Sequence record: NZ_CP021969.1
DNA from: a plasmid
DNA: 28,436 nucleotides
Direction: 5' to 3' (one strand)
The notes under the pieces: generated by a model
Told to the model about the DNA's origin: nothing
The model's input: the letters and a program-made list of their open reading frames with translations, nothing else
Database searches by the model: none
Program-made: the position numbers and the translations under genes
Shown here: piece by piece, positions 16,640 through 28,436 of the stretch
How the letters are laid out: each line of letters opens with the position of its first letter
Numbering within the stretch: the first letter of the stretch is position 1

Positions 16640-16685
16640 AAGTAACTGATAAATTAATGGTTAATATCTTAAAGGAGCAAATTAA

Positions 16686-17065
16686 ATGGCATTTTCAGAT
16701 TATTATTCAGGGGTCCAACACATTGGTATTCCTACAAAAGATTTGGCAACAGCAGAAGTTTTTGGACAAAACTTGGTTTCAAAAGACGGGTGATTTCCCA
16801 GTCGGAGATGTTATCTTTATGCAGCGCGATAATTTAGTTATTGAGACTTGGCACGCTGATGAGGTGGCTGGTAAGCCTGGTGCGATTAATCATATTTCAA
16901 TGGATACAACAGACGCTGATGCTGCTTTGCTGCAGCCAATCTGAAGGGTTTGACTTAATCGACGATGAAGTACAACATTTAGATTTCTGGAAAAAAGGAA
17001 TTAAATTCTTTAATATTTCGGGACCAGATGCTGTGATTGTTGAATTTTGTGAAATTGTTAAGTAA
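16686..17065 (+). pseudogene. Copy 2 of VOC-family protein; frameshifted
   Basis: ORF fragments 16591..16944 and 16841..17065 carry copy-1 peptide stretches. Confidence 0.75.
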
Positions 17066-17236
17066 AAGATGTTTCTCAACGGCTATCTTGCGATGGCCGT
17101 TTTTTCAGACATTTTCAGGGAGAATTATTATGTAAAAATATTAGCTTAAATTGTCTGTGAACAATCTATTAGACTCACAATGATGAGCGCTATATGATTA
17201 CTGTGAATAATTAATTGATAAAGAAAAGAGAACAAG

Positions 17237-18105
17237 ATGGGATTATTGGGTGCAATTGAAGCAGGTGGAACAAAATTTGTTGTTGCTGTAGCTGATCATA
17301 ATTATAATATTGTAGAGCGTACAGCATTTCCAACGTTGGATGGTCAGAAAACGCTTGATCAAGTTTTTCGTTTTTTGATCAGTTCGATAATATTGATGCA
17401 ATTGGTATTGCTGCCTTTGGCCCAATTGATATTATTGAGCAGTCTAAAACATATGGGTATGTTTTGGCCACTCCAAAAACAGGTTGGTCTGGGTATAACT
17501 TTTTGGGACGAATGAAGGAATGGCGTGACATTCCCTATTATTGGACAACTGATGTTAATGGAGCTGGCTGGGCAGAGTTTGAAACAGGTGCCGCAAAAAA
17601 CGTTGACAATATGGTTTATTTGACCGTAGGTACTGGTGTTGGAGCTGGTATTGTATCTAGTGGCCATTTAGTGAGTGGCTATAGCCACCCAGAAGCTGGA
17701 CATATTTTCTTGCAAAAGCATCCAGCCGACAATTATGTGGGGCACTGCCCCTTCCATGATGATAATTGCTTGGAAGGTCTTGCGGCTGGACCTGCTATTG
17801 AGGAACGTTGGCATATGAGTGCTAAAGAATTCCTGATGATGCTGAAGCATGGAAAATAGAAGCATTTTACTTAGCTCAGGCCAGCGTTGGATTATACAAT
17901 GATTCTACGTCCAGATAAATCGTTTTTGGCGGTGGGGTGCCACATCGTGAAATGTTATTCCCACTCATTCGTGAAAGTTTTGCAGAACAAATGAGTGATT
18001 ATCTTGATGTGCCAGACTTAGACAATTACATTGTTCCTCGTAGCGAATGGTGATAATGCCGGAATTTTGGGTTGTTTTTACTTGGCCAAAACATTATTGC
18101 CTTAA
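17237..18105 (+). pseudogene. Copy 2 of ROK fructokinase; multiple frameshifts
   Basis: Fragments 17237..17515 and 17464..17859 match the copy-1 protein. Confidence 0.8.
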
Positions 18106-18176
18106 AATATAATTTTGTTAATTACGCTTAACATAGATAAGCAAATAATACTTGTCATTGTCTAAAGTCCATTATT

Positions 18177-18758
18177 TTAACCAAAATTAATTTGATCTAA
18201 TATTGTTTCTCGGCTTGCTTGATCTAATCCTAAATAAGTTAACGTCATTGCTTCACTAGAATGATTTAACATTGCATAACCAAATCCAATATTATAGTTG
18301 GACTGCATGTAGACGCGATAAGCACCAGTTTTTCGCATGGTATGGGTGCCTATCCCTAAAAGGTCGCCAACCTTAGCCATAACCTTGTAGAATTGTTTCT
18401 CAGTAATATGACGCTCTGGGTGCTGAATTGAGGGGAAAAGCCACTCAGAAATCAGATTTTGTTGCTGAAGCCAATCATAGTAATCCAGTAAATCAGCGTG
18501 AACAGGTTTGAGGTAGAGAGTGTTGGCTTTACCTGTTTTTTGATCGTGGATGAATGTATTTTGCTTAATCGTTCCATCTGCGGTGAATACATCAGACCTT
18601 TTCAGCTGCATGACATCACTAACCCGTAGTAGGGTCGCTTTACCCAGTTGAAAAATGGTGTAATTACGCCTGCCTGCACGAAAACTATTTAAAAGGGTCT
18701 CCTGAACATTTTTTAAAATGTTGGAATCTTTAATCGGTAAAACAATTTGTTGCACCAT
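18177..18758 (-). CDS. Copy 2 of minimal tyrosine recombinase; frame preserved by two compensating indels (IGFGYAM vs IGLVMQL)
   Basis: 193 aa, identical except for a 6-aa stretch. Confidence 0.75.
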   Translation of the reverse strand: MVQQIVLPIKDSNILKNVQETLLNSFRAGRRNYTIFQLGKATLLRVSDVMQLKRSDVFTADGTIKQNTFIHDQKTGKANTLYLKPVHADLLDYYDWLQQQNLISEWLFPSIQHPERHITEKQFYKVMAKVGDLLGIGTHTMRKTGAYRVYMQSNYNIGFGYAMLNHSSEAMTLTYLGLDQASRETILDQINFG

Positions 18759-19199
18759 TAGCTAGTCACCTCTTTATTTAAACGTTAGAATCAAGCCATA
18801 TAGGCGTTATTTAATTATAAGCTAAAAAACAGCCCCTAACAAACCAAAGCGATAGGGGCTGTTTTAATAGTCTTTCCTAGGGGTCATTATTATAGACCCT
18901 GAGTTAAGGAATGTACTGATGTTTTCTAGTAGTCCCTAGTTTGATAATGTTTATTGTATTTTCTGTATTTAGTTATTCGATGATCGAGGCTAATATGTCA
19001 GTCTTCCAAGCAGCCATTGGTTAGTATATCAATTTTTATAATCGCAATCGTATCTCAAATGTTGCCTAAGTAACTGAATAAAATAGTCCAATTTATTGAC
19101 TTCTGAGCAAAAAGGAAGAGATGATTTTTTTAAATTATTTCATCTCTTCCTTTCCTGTGAAACTATTGTATTTTTACACGATAAGGTCATTCAATTATT

Positions 19200-21426
19200 T
19201 CATGTGCCAAATAACTGTTTATTTGGCTCTAATTTCAATGTCATAGCATTGATGGCAACAATTACAGTCGAAAGTGACATCAAGACGGCAGCGACTGCTG
19301 GACTTAATGTTATGCCAATTGGTGCTAGTATTCCTGCAGCTATTGGGATCGCGATAAAGTTATACCCTGCTCCCCAAACAAGATTTTCTTTCATCTTACG
19401 TGTGGTCTTCTGAGCCAACTCGATAAAGGATTCAATGTCGCCAGGGTCTGACTGTGTCAAGATGACATCGGCTGAATCCAATGCTACTTGAGTTCCGGCA
19501 CCAATAGCTATACCAACGTCTGCTAGTGCAAGAGACGGTGCATCGTTGACCCCCGTCACCGACCATGATAACTTTCTTTTTCTGCTTTAAGTTTTTCAAC
19601 TAATTCATATTTGTCTTGAGAGATTGATTAGCTAGATAATCAATACCTAAAATTTCTGCAGCCCCTTGAGCCGCTTTTTCATGTCACCGTTGCCATAATC
19701 GGCTGAATCTTGTTCTTTTTAAGGGCTTGTATTAAGGCTTTACTTGTCGGTTTTAATTCATCCCCTAAAAGCTACAGCACCGATTGCTTCGTCGTTTTCT
19801 ACTAAGACACTGAGGGTTGATCCTTTTGGAATATCCATATCCAGATTACCCATATGCTTTTTGACTGATTAATTGATAACGATGTCCGTTAGCTTGACCT
19901 TCTACACCAGCGCCAGAAATAACATCGAATCAAAACTTACTGGACGTATCCCTTGATGTTCTGCGTAACTAATAATTGACTGAGCGATAGGGTGACTAGA
20001 TCCACCTTCGATACCTGACAATAAGGCAACGATTTCATCTTTCGTATATTTATCATTAAGGAGTTCAACATCTAATACTTTAAACTCACCAGTTGTTAAA
20101 GTTCCAGTTTTATCTAAAACCATAACATCTGCGTTTGTAGTCAACTCCAAAGCGTCCCGGTCCTTCACTAATAATCCCCGACTGGCCCCTAAGCTGGTAC
20201 TACGAGCAGTCACCAATGGAATAGCCAGACCCAGGGCATGCGGACAAGCAATAACTAATGTGGTGACTGTAAAAATAACTGCCGTTGGTACATCAGCTAT
20301 AACCATCCATATGACAAGGGCAATAAGAGCTACAATAACCGCAATATAAAAGAGCCATCCTGCAACTTTTTGTGCAAGATTTTCTGTTCGAGAATGTTGG
20401 CTTTGAGCTTGACTGATTAATGTCTGAACCTGAGAAATGAAGGACTTATCGCCCGTCTGCTTTATTTCCACATAGAGGACTCCGCCACCATTGGTTGACT
20501 CCACCGATGACCTCATCTCCAGGATTTTTTTTCAATTGGTTTCGATTCCCCAGTCACAAGCGCTTCGTTTACACGTGATTCGCCACGCTGGATCGTTCCA
20601 TCTGCTGGAACATCTTTCTCCGGCTTGAACACGAATCAAATCACCTACTTGCAAGTCAGCAACTGGACGAGTCTCAATCGAATCGTCTTCTAAAACAACA
20701 TGAGCATCTTTCGGCACCAAACTCAGCCCAATGCTTTTTTGCGCGTCCCCTGCTTCACCCAATGCCTTCATTTCAATCCAGTGTCCTAATAACATGATTA
20801 AAATTAACGTTGGTAAACTCAAAGAAGAAGTCCATGACATGTTCTCCGGTCACATATCGAGCGGCCACTGCGTAAACACTATAGGTATAAGAAACCGTTA
20901 TTCCCAAAGTAATCAAGGACATCATGCCTGGAGCTTTTGAATTAAACTCATCTTTCGCACCCATGAAGAATGGTTTTTCCGCCAAAAATGTATAGAATTG
21001 TTGCCAATACAGCTGCTACAACGTCTGCATAAGGAAAGATAATTTGGAAAGGCAACTGAATATCCATCAAAGGAGTAATGAGTAAGATTGCAATTCCTAA
21101 TGGAGTGACTTCAAGAAAATCTCCTTAAAGCTACCGTGATGGTGGTGGGCATGCCCTCCCATTGCGCCATGATCCATTTCACTGTGATCCATCGCATTAT
21201 GATTCATCTTGCTGTGATCCATCTGACTATGTTCCATTTCATTATGGTCGTGTTTTGAGTGTTCCATGTCGCCGTGATGGTGGTGGGCATGCCCTCTCAT
21301 TGCGCAATGATCCATCGCACTATGATCCATCTGACTATGTTCCATTTCATTATGGTCGTGTTTTGAGTGTTCCATGTCGCCGTGATTATGATGACTATGT
21401 GACGAATGTTTTTTGTTATTCCTCAT
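19200..21426 (-). pseudogene. copB: Copy 2 of copB, broken into at least 5 fragments
   Basis: Fragments 19200..19559, 19902..20516, 20532..20840, 20773..20985, 21097..21426 reproduce copy-1 CopB segments, including GDGVNDAP, DKTGT and His-rich repeats. Confidence 0.85.
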
Positions 21427-21564
21427 TTTTAATTCCTCCTTATTATATTAGAGACTGATTTTAAAGTTTTAGAACTTTCTCATCTAACACTGCATATAAT
21501 TCTCATGAAAAGGGTTCTATACTTTATCTCTATCTACTATCTATGAATAAATGGTATTCGTACT

Positions 21565-21929
21565 TTATGCACTTAATACTGAATAGTTAGTTTCTGCTAA
21601 AGCAGCATTGAGCGTTTCGGTATCAATCTCTGTTTGACTTTCAAGTACTGCTTTTTTAGTCGCTAAATCAACCTCTACAGATTCAACCCCTTCAATTGCA
21701 AAGGTTTGCGTCTTTCCCTCTTGGGCAATCAGTTCATACCCTGAATTATCCACCGCTTTTTGTAGATTTTCTACCGAAAAAGTTGGTTCATTGTATTCTA
21801 TACTCAACTTTTCTGTTGCTAGGTTCACGGAAGCCTGTGTGACCCCACGTACTTTTTTGCCGCTTTTTCTACTGTCTGCGCACAAGACGCACAGGTCATA
21901 CCTTCTATGGCAAACGATTTATTCTCCAA
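21565..21929 (-). CDS. copZ: Copy 2 of copZ-like HMA gene with the same A-run frameshift
   Basis: Identical ORF (MCADSRKSGKKVRGV...). Confidence 0.55.
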
Positions 21930-21942
21930 TTTTTTCGGCTCC

Positions 21943-22398
21943 TTATTCTCCATGATGATGTAAATGGCAATCGCATTGCCCTTCTGTACACTGACAATCT
22001 ACTTCTTCTACTGCGAAAGCTTTTTTCATCTCTAATATTTCTTCTAGTCGCTGGATATCATCGAAGCTTAAGACATGATCTTCAATGACACTCCCTACTA
22101 CACTCCCGACATCCTTTCGACAAATACGGTTGAAAATATCGTCTGTATAATTTCCTACGGCTTCTTTCTCTTCAATATTGGTAGTATAAATAAATTTTCT
22201 ACCTTCTTGCTCTGTATTTAGTACGCCTTTTTCAACCAGTCGACCTAAGAGCGTTTTGATAGTGGCTTGTTTCCAGTCCATTTTTTCTTTCAATATGGAG
22301 ATGATTTCTTTACTAGTCACTCGACCATTCGCCCAGACTACACGCATAACTTCCCATTCAGCATCTGTGATATGAGGGTTAACTACTATTGTACTCAT
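21943..22398 (-). CDS. copY: Copy 2 of copY repressor; intact
   Basis: 151 aa identical to copy 1; cop box copy at 22450-22465. Confidence 0.9.
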   Translation of the reverse strand: MSTIVVNPHITDAEWEVMRVVWANGRVTSKEIISILKEKMDWKQATIKTLLGRLVEKGVLNTEQEGRKFIYTTNIEEKEAVGNYTDDIFNRICRKDVGSVVGSVIEDHVLSFDDIQRLEEILEMKKAFAVEEVDCQCTEGQCDCHLHHHGE

Positions 22399-22540
22399 TC
22401 TCTTTCCCTCCTTATTGTCTACATGCGTAAACGTAAATGTTTGAGATAAGTTTACTATTGTAAACCATTCCTGTCAAGTCTTTTTTAAATAAATGTAACC
22501 AGCTATTATTGCTTTATTTCCTATCTTTACCCAATACTAA

Positions 22541-22817
22541 TTATAAGGTTACCATTGATTTACTTTTATTGATTTTAGAATTCCTTATTTTTAAAATCTC
22601 AAGTTCTTCGCGAAGTTTGTCGTTTTCCTTTTGTAATGCGTTTACATCAGCTTGCGTCCATTTTTTCGCCGTCCACTTCGTGGACCGCGTACAGCTTGAC
22701 CTAGTTACGGATTGAGTCGACCGAAGGTCCGTATTCAGCGGATAGATCAGTATATGAACGGCCTTGATTGTGCATCTCAACAAGAGACTGCTTAAATTCT
22801 TTTTTGTATCGAATCAT
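22541..22817 (-). pseudogene. Copy 2 of IS3 OrfA remnant
   Basis: C-terminal ...KWTQADVNALQKENDKLREELEILKIRNSKINKSKSMVTL identical; extra T in a homopolymer upstream. Confidence 0.55.
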
Positions 22818-22930
22818 ATTAAAAAATGCTCCTATGCTATTAGTTTACAGGGCAGAAGAAAATCTGTCCGTAAATCTAGCATAAGAGCATTCCGCCATTT
22901 AACTAGTCTTCTTTTCTTTTTTAGTTGTAA

Positions 22931-23510
22931 CTATTTACCAAAACGCCACCACTTTTTAGGTTTAGGTTGTGACTCCGGGGTGCTATTTTCAGGTTCCGGT
23001 TGTTTGTCTGACGTCACTTCTTTTTCACCATCATCATGCGGTGCCATCGTTAAGGCTTTCAAGTCCTTAATTTCTGCCTTGTATTCTTCGAGCAGTTGTT
23101 TGTCCTGTAAGGCTAGCCGTTGTTGTTGGTCTAATAAATTTTGCATTTGGTTCAATTGCTTAAAGTGTTGTGATTTAGTTTCTTTTAAATCTTCTATTTG
23201 TGCATTCTGATACTTAATAATGTCATTTAAGTAGTTAATATCTGAATATTTTAGGTTGGCGTTTTCAAAGTTTTCGGTTTTTGATTCTGGTTGTTGATAT
23301 GTGTTTTCGGTTTTCGATTTATGGTTGTCGATTCCAGACGAAAACATTGTTCTTATAGCCTTTTGTCCGTTTTCGTTAACCAAAAACCGGTTCCCGTTTT
23401 TTGAAAAACCATTGTTTTCGTTCGCTATCCGAAACTTTTTTGTTAATTGCAGTCTTACTAACTCCTAACTCATCAGCGAGTTCTCGAATTGTTTTTAAAT
23501 TTTCACTCAT
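22931..23510 (-). pseudogene. repB: Copy 2 of repB-like gene; N-terminal frameshift
   Basis: 150-aa ORF matches the copy-1 C-terminal portion. Confidence 0.65.
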
Positions 23511-24660
23511 GATCTATATCCTGCCTTTTAACGATTGGTAGATACTGTTCAATCGATTTTTTAAGATACTTAGCAATATTCTTTTTCGAATAGTCCATCT
23601 TGTTTGTCTCTGATATAGGCTAAGTGTTCTTTCACGCCCTTTAAACCACGTGACTCTTTTAATTCGTCATAAAGTGGATAAACATTTTTCTGTAACCCTG
23701 ACAAAATAGTAGTATCCGTTAAATCAATATATGACAATAAAAACTGCTCCATAAGTAACTTTGTATAGGGACTTTTTATTGCCTTAACAGTCAACATATC
23801 TTCTGTTTCTTCTTGACGGATCTTGCCCTCGATATAAACGGGATCATCTAGCTTGTAACTAATATCATCTGCCACTTGGTTTTTAGTGATATGAAAGACA
23901 ATACTCTCAATGCTGCGTCCTTTTTTTACTTTTTCATACGTAACATTAAAGCTGGTATGGTTTGTGATTTCTTTAATCGGATCTTTTAATACTCTTCTTT
24001 CAAAATCAGTAAACTTTTTATATTCACTCACCGTATCGGTCGTGTCGCGCAATTCCCGAATAGTGATTATCGGATTACGGTAACTTTCCACTTGCTCTTC
24101 TCTTCGCCCACCTTTAACGCTGTAATGCTCATATTGGTTGTAATTCATTGATAACCAACGGTACAAAATGATTGCATACTTGCTATTCAATTCAGAAATT
24201 TCTGATAAGGCATGTTGCGTAAAATTGGTTTTGAGATTGATTAAATAAGGCATGATTTCGGGGCTAAATCGAATTAATACCTCATCATGATAATCAGTCC
24301 ATTCCACATAAGGGATTGGCACAATACTAACGAATTTAAAACCTTTATCTTGTTCTTTTTTAATCTGAAAAAAAGCCTGTTTTTGCATTTTTTCAATTGC
24401 TTCTTTAAAAACGACTATGTTTATTGCTATCATCCACGTTAAAAAAAGCAAATAACTCTTGCTTGGATAAATAAACTGTCTGGTCTTTCGGTGGATTTTC
24501 TGTATCAATTAAAGAAACAGCTAATTCAAACATTTTAAGCGGTGTTTTAATCCATTTTGGCAATCGACGTGATTAGGCTATTATGTTCAACTACTTTTCG
24601 TTTTGATAATTCATTCAAGGTCTGTACCTGCCTTGTCTTTGATTCTGTTATAATAGACAT
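23503..24660 (-). pseudogene. repA: Copy 2 of repA; frameshifts near both ends
   Basis: 312-aa ORF matches copy-1 internal residues; N- and C-termini diverge by frame. Confidence 0.8.
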
Positions 24661-24772
24661 ATAAATACGCTCCTTTAGGCGTGTTGTTGGATAAGCATAA
24701 AGAAAAACTTTTAGTCGGGAATTTCTTTATGCTTTTATTATAACATTATATAGCGACAAAATATTTTAAACA

Positions 24773-24850
24773 GTCGCTATATACATAGTTTTTTTGTCGC
24801 TATATACATAGTTTTTTGTCGCTATATACATAGTTTTTTGTCGCTATATT
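24773..24850. repeat. Iteron array copy 2 (first unit has one extra T)
   Basis: Same 22-bp units as copy 1. Confidence 0.75.
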
Positions 24851-25163
24851 ACCTATTAAACCCTTGATATTACTGAATTTCTAACTACGCAAAAGAACAA
24901 AAGATTAAAATATAAAAGATAAAACTTATAATAGGCTCCGCCTTTTTATTGATTCAATAAAAAACAAAACAAAAAGAACACTGGTGCACATAAATTTCGT
25001 ACAGAGTGTTCTTTTTGTTTTGAATCATTTCAAATGCTGGATACCTAGTTATCTATCATAATTGCCACTTATTAAGCCAATAGCGACGTTTTAAGTTACT
25101 TAATGATTATTTCTACGTATTTCATCTAAAAACGCTTAGACGGGCAAATAAGCCGTTATAACG

Positions 25164-26400
25164 TTAGAGACTGGGTCCTTTAAAAATATCACGCGTTAAT
25201 TCAATGATCCGATTGATTAATGCTTTAACTTGTTCAATACCCCAATCTAATCTACTAGGTGCTATTTTGGTGTCTGGATCTTCTCTAGCTGTCGTCAAGG
25301 TTTTTAACCATGACTGGGCCGTTTTTTTTATTTTTTGTCAGTTCTTCATGATCAAGCTTATAAAGGACATAGCGGGCCTCCACATCAGTAAAGGACAGTT
25401 TGTCGACACCATAATCATTTTTAAGCATATCGCGCATCACATAGTCCATCTTTTGCTTTTCTCGTTGATCTGCCTGCAGCGTTTGATGTGCTGCTTTCAG
25501 TTTTTGATAGTCTTCTTGGACAGCTGCTAGCTGCGCTTTGACTTGTCTTAACGTTTGCTTGAGTTCTTCCGTCTCATTCTGGCTTTGTAGGGTGGCTTTC
25601 TTCATCGTGGCTAACACACTTTTAAAGCGATCTAAGTCATCTGGTTTAAGCACCGTCTTACCAAAGAGGTTTTTAGATAAGTCTTGTTTAAAGTCATCAA
25701 TTTGTTTTTCGGCTAAGTCAACTTCGGTTAAGGCTTGATCCGTGATTTTGAGTACAGCCTGTTTAGCACGAATATTTTCTTCAACGTCAGCTAGTTCATC
25801 CTTCAAGGCGTTAAACTGATCATTGTATTTTTTGATTTCAGCGACATTCTCAAACGGTAAGGTTTTATTATTTAAAATGCCTTTTTCATAAAAAGGGAGC
25901 CCCTTTTTTAAATCCTGATCTAGATCCTCATGAAAGGTTTGTAGATCATGACGCGTTAGCACTTCTTTAGCGGATACTTTATAACGTGTCTTTTTATCAT
26001 CAAAAACCACTGGGACAAAGGCATAGTGCAAGTGAGGGGTTGTCTCGTCATAATGCACGACAGCGGCCACGGCATTTTCTTGACCATAACGGCCATTAAG
26101 AAAATTGGTGGTTGCTTCAAAAAAGGCGCTCTGTTGCTCGTAGGGCGCTTCTGTAAGTTCTTCAGGTAAAGTGACAATCCAAGTCGCTAACGCCTTCACA
26201 TCGTCTCTTTTCATGCAATAAACGTCATTTAAACGCTCATTGAAACGTGAAAGCATATCAGAACCATCTGTCATCAGATCTTGATTCAGATAGGTTTTCG
26301 ACACATCAATATCTTTGTTAGTGTGATGGTCGGTTTTACGCTCAAAATGAACGGCTAAACCAGGCACTGCACCACGGGTATTTTTCTTTAAATGCGCCAT
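25164..26400 (-). pseudogene. mob: Copy 2 of MobV relaxase; C-terminal frameshift
   Basis: 386-aa ORF identical to copy 1 until ...ELTKNKK, then diverges. Confidence 0.8.
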
Positions 26401-26457
26401 AAAAATTGCCTCCTCGAAAAAGGTTTTACGAGACCAGTATAACACCGTTAAAAATCT

Positions 26458-26475
26458 GGTATAGCCTGTTATACC
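26458..26475 (-). other. Candidate oriT copy 2
   Basis: Identical GGTATAGCCTGTTATACC. Confidence 0.45.
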
Positions 26476-26828
26476 AAAATTCTATTTTGGACAGGCTCTG
26501 CGAGGCGTGTCATCGACAAGCGATGCCAGTAGCGTTTCCCCTTCCTGCTGGGGAAACTGCTATTTTACAGCGCCTATTATCCGGCTTGTAAAACCTCCGG
26601 CGGGTCACGCCGTGACAGGGCAATTTATCATTGCAGGATCACCTTCAGTGAGAGCATGTCATGCAGAACGCTACCCGCGCGGGGCAAGCTGGTGTCAGCT
26701 TAACCACAATAAAATAATCTGTAAACGTAAGTGTATAATAACAAAAAAATTGTAGTGGACTATCGCAATTAATAGGTGTTATACAATAAAAGCAAACAAA
26801 AAGGCACCCTTAAGGTGCCCACATTATT

Positions 26829-26933
26829 TTAACGATCATTAAGATCATCAAAATAACGTTTAATTGCGAACGTCACAACAGCAACACAGATTGCGTTAAA
26901 CAATTGTGTAAGTTCTTGAAAAAAGTAAAACAT
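26829..26933 (-). CDS. Fst-like toxin copy 2; intact
   Basis: Identical 105-nt ORF and RBS. Confidence 0.5.
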   Translation of the reverse strand: MFYFFQELTQLFNAICVAVVTFAIKRYFDDLNDR

Positions 26934-27530
26934 GGAGTCTAAACCTCCTTGCCGTTGCAGTATAGTAGGAAACAACAGCTTTTTAAGTATATCATGTTTT
27001 GAAATACCAATAATATAGTGTTATAATGTTAATAGAAGAAAGTACATGGAGACTAACCTCTCTAGTAAAAAGGGCTAGTGCGTAGGAACACCAGCTCTTT
27101 TTGTTTGTCTTTTTTGAAGCAAGTTTCCTTTCAGGGCAAGACAGTGTATAATTATAAACAATAACTGCCATGAAACAGCTCTGCTGTTTCAAAGGCTTGG
27201 GCCAGTACGCTGGGCAAGCCTGGTGGCCCACTTTAAAATACAGTGACGCTGATAGTATGATGGCTAGACTGTTATTTTTGACAATTAAAGGCGCTTCAAA
27301 AAATTTCTTTAACCCCCAAATCACTAATAGGGGGGTTAAATTTACAAAAAAGCCAACAGGCAAACAACCCTCATGCTTACGGGGAGTCGGGTTACAGCGA
27401 AAAAATATTCGTGTAAAAATCGCTGTAATAATGAAAATATGATGATAAAAATCGCCTGTAAGATGGCATTTTTTATTATATAAATCATTTTTAGGTTGCT
27501 ATCAAGCTATTTACGATTAAGGAGGATTAT

Positions 27531-27815
27531 ATGACATACAATGCGATTAAAGGACGCTTTACACGCGTTGCGCCCGATAAATCGACAGTATACGGTGATA
27601 AGCAGTACACCTTTGCCTTAACACCAGAACAAAGTGAACAGATTGACCAGGCTGTTTATGCGGTTGTCCTGGCCAAAAATTACAAAACGACCTCGTTCTC
27701 AATTGATGAGAAGTTAACGTTGTCTGACGAAGAAGTCGCCCAACACAAATTGGTGGTCCGTTTACGCCTCCGCAAAAAGCACAAACAGCCGTCTCATAAA
27801 CCGCTCACGGACTAA
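27531..27815 (+). CDS. 94-aa basic-tailed hypothetical protein copy 2; intact
   Basis: Identical protein. Confidence 0.7.
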   Translation: MTYNAIKGRFTRVAPDKSTVYGDKQYTFALTPEQSEQIDQAVYAVVLAKNYKTTSFSIDEKLTLSDEEVAQHKLVVRLRLRKKHKQPSHKPLTD

Positions 27816-27996
27816 AATTTCACAAATCCTAAAAGCCTTGCTACCAGCATTGTGAGAGCTAGACCAATTATTTTTAGCTCAATTCACAAGAACAGATCAC
27901 AGAAAAAGCGCCAAACCCTATTTATTTCAGGTTTGGCGCTTTTTAGTTTAGATAAGCTACATTATGTTTGTTGAGTTTCTAGTATTCCCCAGTTAC

Positions 27997-28436
27997 TTAA
28001 TTAATACTAGATCCGACAAACCCTCTTATCAAACCGTCTATAACTTCCATTACTGGTATAACTGCGTACAAAAATATCAACAGGCCTATGGCAATGATCA
28101 GTTTTTTATTTAAAATACTAATCAATGAATGCCAGTTAATTTTTGTTAGAATGTATATGATTAGCACAAGGATTGGAATAGCTAAATAAGTAGATACGTT
28201 TGATTCGATTGAAGCCAAAATAGCTGAGTAGAACAATTTTAAAAATAAATAACCGATAGTTCCAACTACCATTGCACTGATTAGGCTTATCGTAACCACA
28301 CGATAAAATTTGCGTTCTTGTTGATTTTCTCTTAATTTTTCAACCATAGTTTCATCTCCCAAAAATAAATCATCTAATGACAAGTTTAAGTATTTAGATA
28401 TTAAAATAATATTTTCAATATCGGGTAACGTTTTAC
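27997..28436 (-). CDS. XRE-HTH / 3-TM regulator copy 2 in fused (probably genuine) reading frame; 5' end runs past the window end
   Basis: Continuous ORF ...ENQQERKFYRVVTISLISAMVVGTIGYLFLKLFYSAILAS...; window end coincides with the unit boundary. Confidence 0.65.
   Translation of the reverse strand, partial: KTLPDIENIILISKYLNLSLDDLFLGDETMVEKLRENQQERKFYRVVTISLISAMVVGTIGYLFLKLFYSAILASIESNVSTYLAIPILVLIIYILTKINWHSLISILNKKLIIAIGLLIFLYAVIPVMEVIDGLIRGFVGSSIN

Larger units (their letters stand above)
14230..28436. repeat. Unit copy 2 (14207 nt), collinear with copy 1 but carrying many 1-5-nt indels; most CDSs frameshifted
   Basis: ORF track shows every copy-1 protein again as fragments with identical peptide stretches. 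No clear substitutions seen by eye, only indels in homopolymer or low-complexity runs. Confidence 0.9.

Noticed and set aside
1-28436. Genuine biological tandem duplication or plasmid dimer with a pseudogenised second copy
   Set aside because: Differences are indel-only, homopolymer-centred and present in both copies, not substitution-dominated. The window spans exactly 2.0 units. It cannot be fully excluded without reads.

Overview
The window consists of two head-to-tail copies (1..14229 and 14230..28436) of a single ~14.2-kb low-GC, AT-rich unit. The gene content (pUCL287-type Rep_3 RepA, MobV relaxase, copYZB, Fst-like toxin) looks like a mobilisable theta-replicating plasmid of lactic acid bacteria (Lactobacillales). 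The two copies have identical gene order and differ almost only by short indels, mostly in homopolymers. This indel-only divergence frameshifts nearly every CDS in copy 2 and at least one in copy 1. The most economical reading is a circular plasmid over-assembled as a dimer from error-prone reads, not a biological duplication. Each unit carries: (i) a cre/CcpA-controlled operon of a Zn-dependent polyol/alcohol dehydrogenase, an uncharacterised multi-TM membrane protein, a VOC/glyoxalase-fold protein and a ROK-family fructokinase; (ii) a minimal 193-aa tyrosine recombinase; (iii) a copY-copZ-copB (tcrYZB-like) copper-resistance operon with a His-rich CPH-type P1B ATPase and a cop-box operator; (iv) a truncated IS3-family OrfA remnant; (v) an overlapping repA/repB theta replicon with 22-bp iterons; (vi) a MobV relaxase with a pMV158-like oriT and an adjacent GC-rich structured island; (vii) an unannotated 34-aa Fst-like type I toxin with a candidate convergent antisense RNA; (viii) a conserved 94-aa basic-tailed protein preceded by short repeats, convergent with a membrane-anchored XRE-family regulator.
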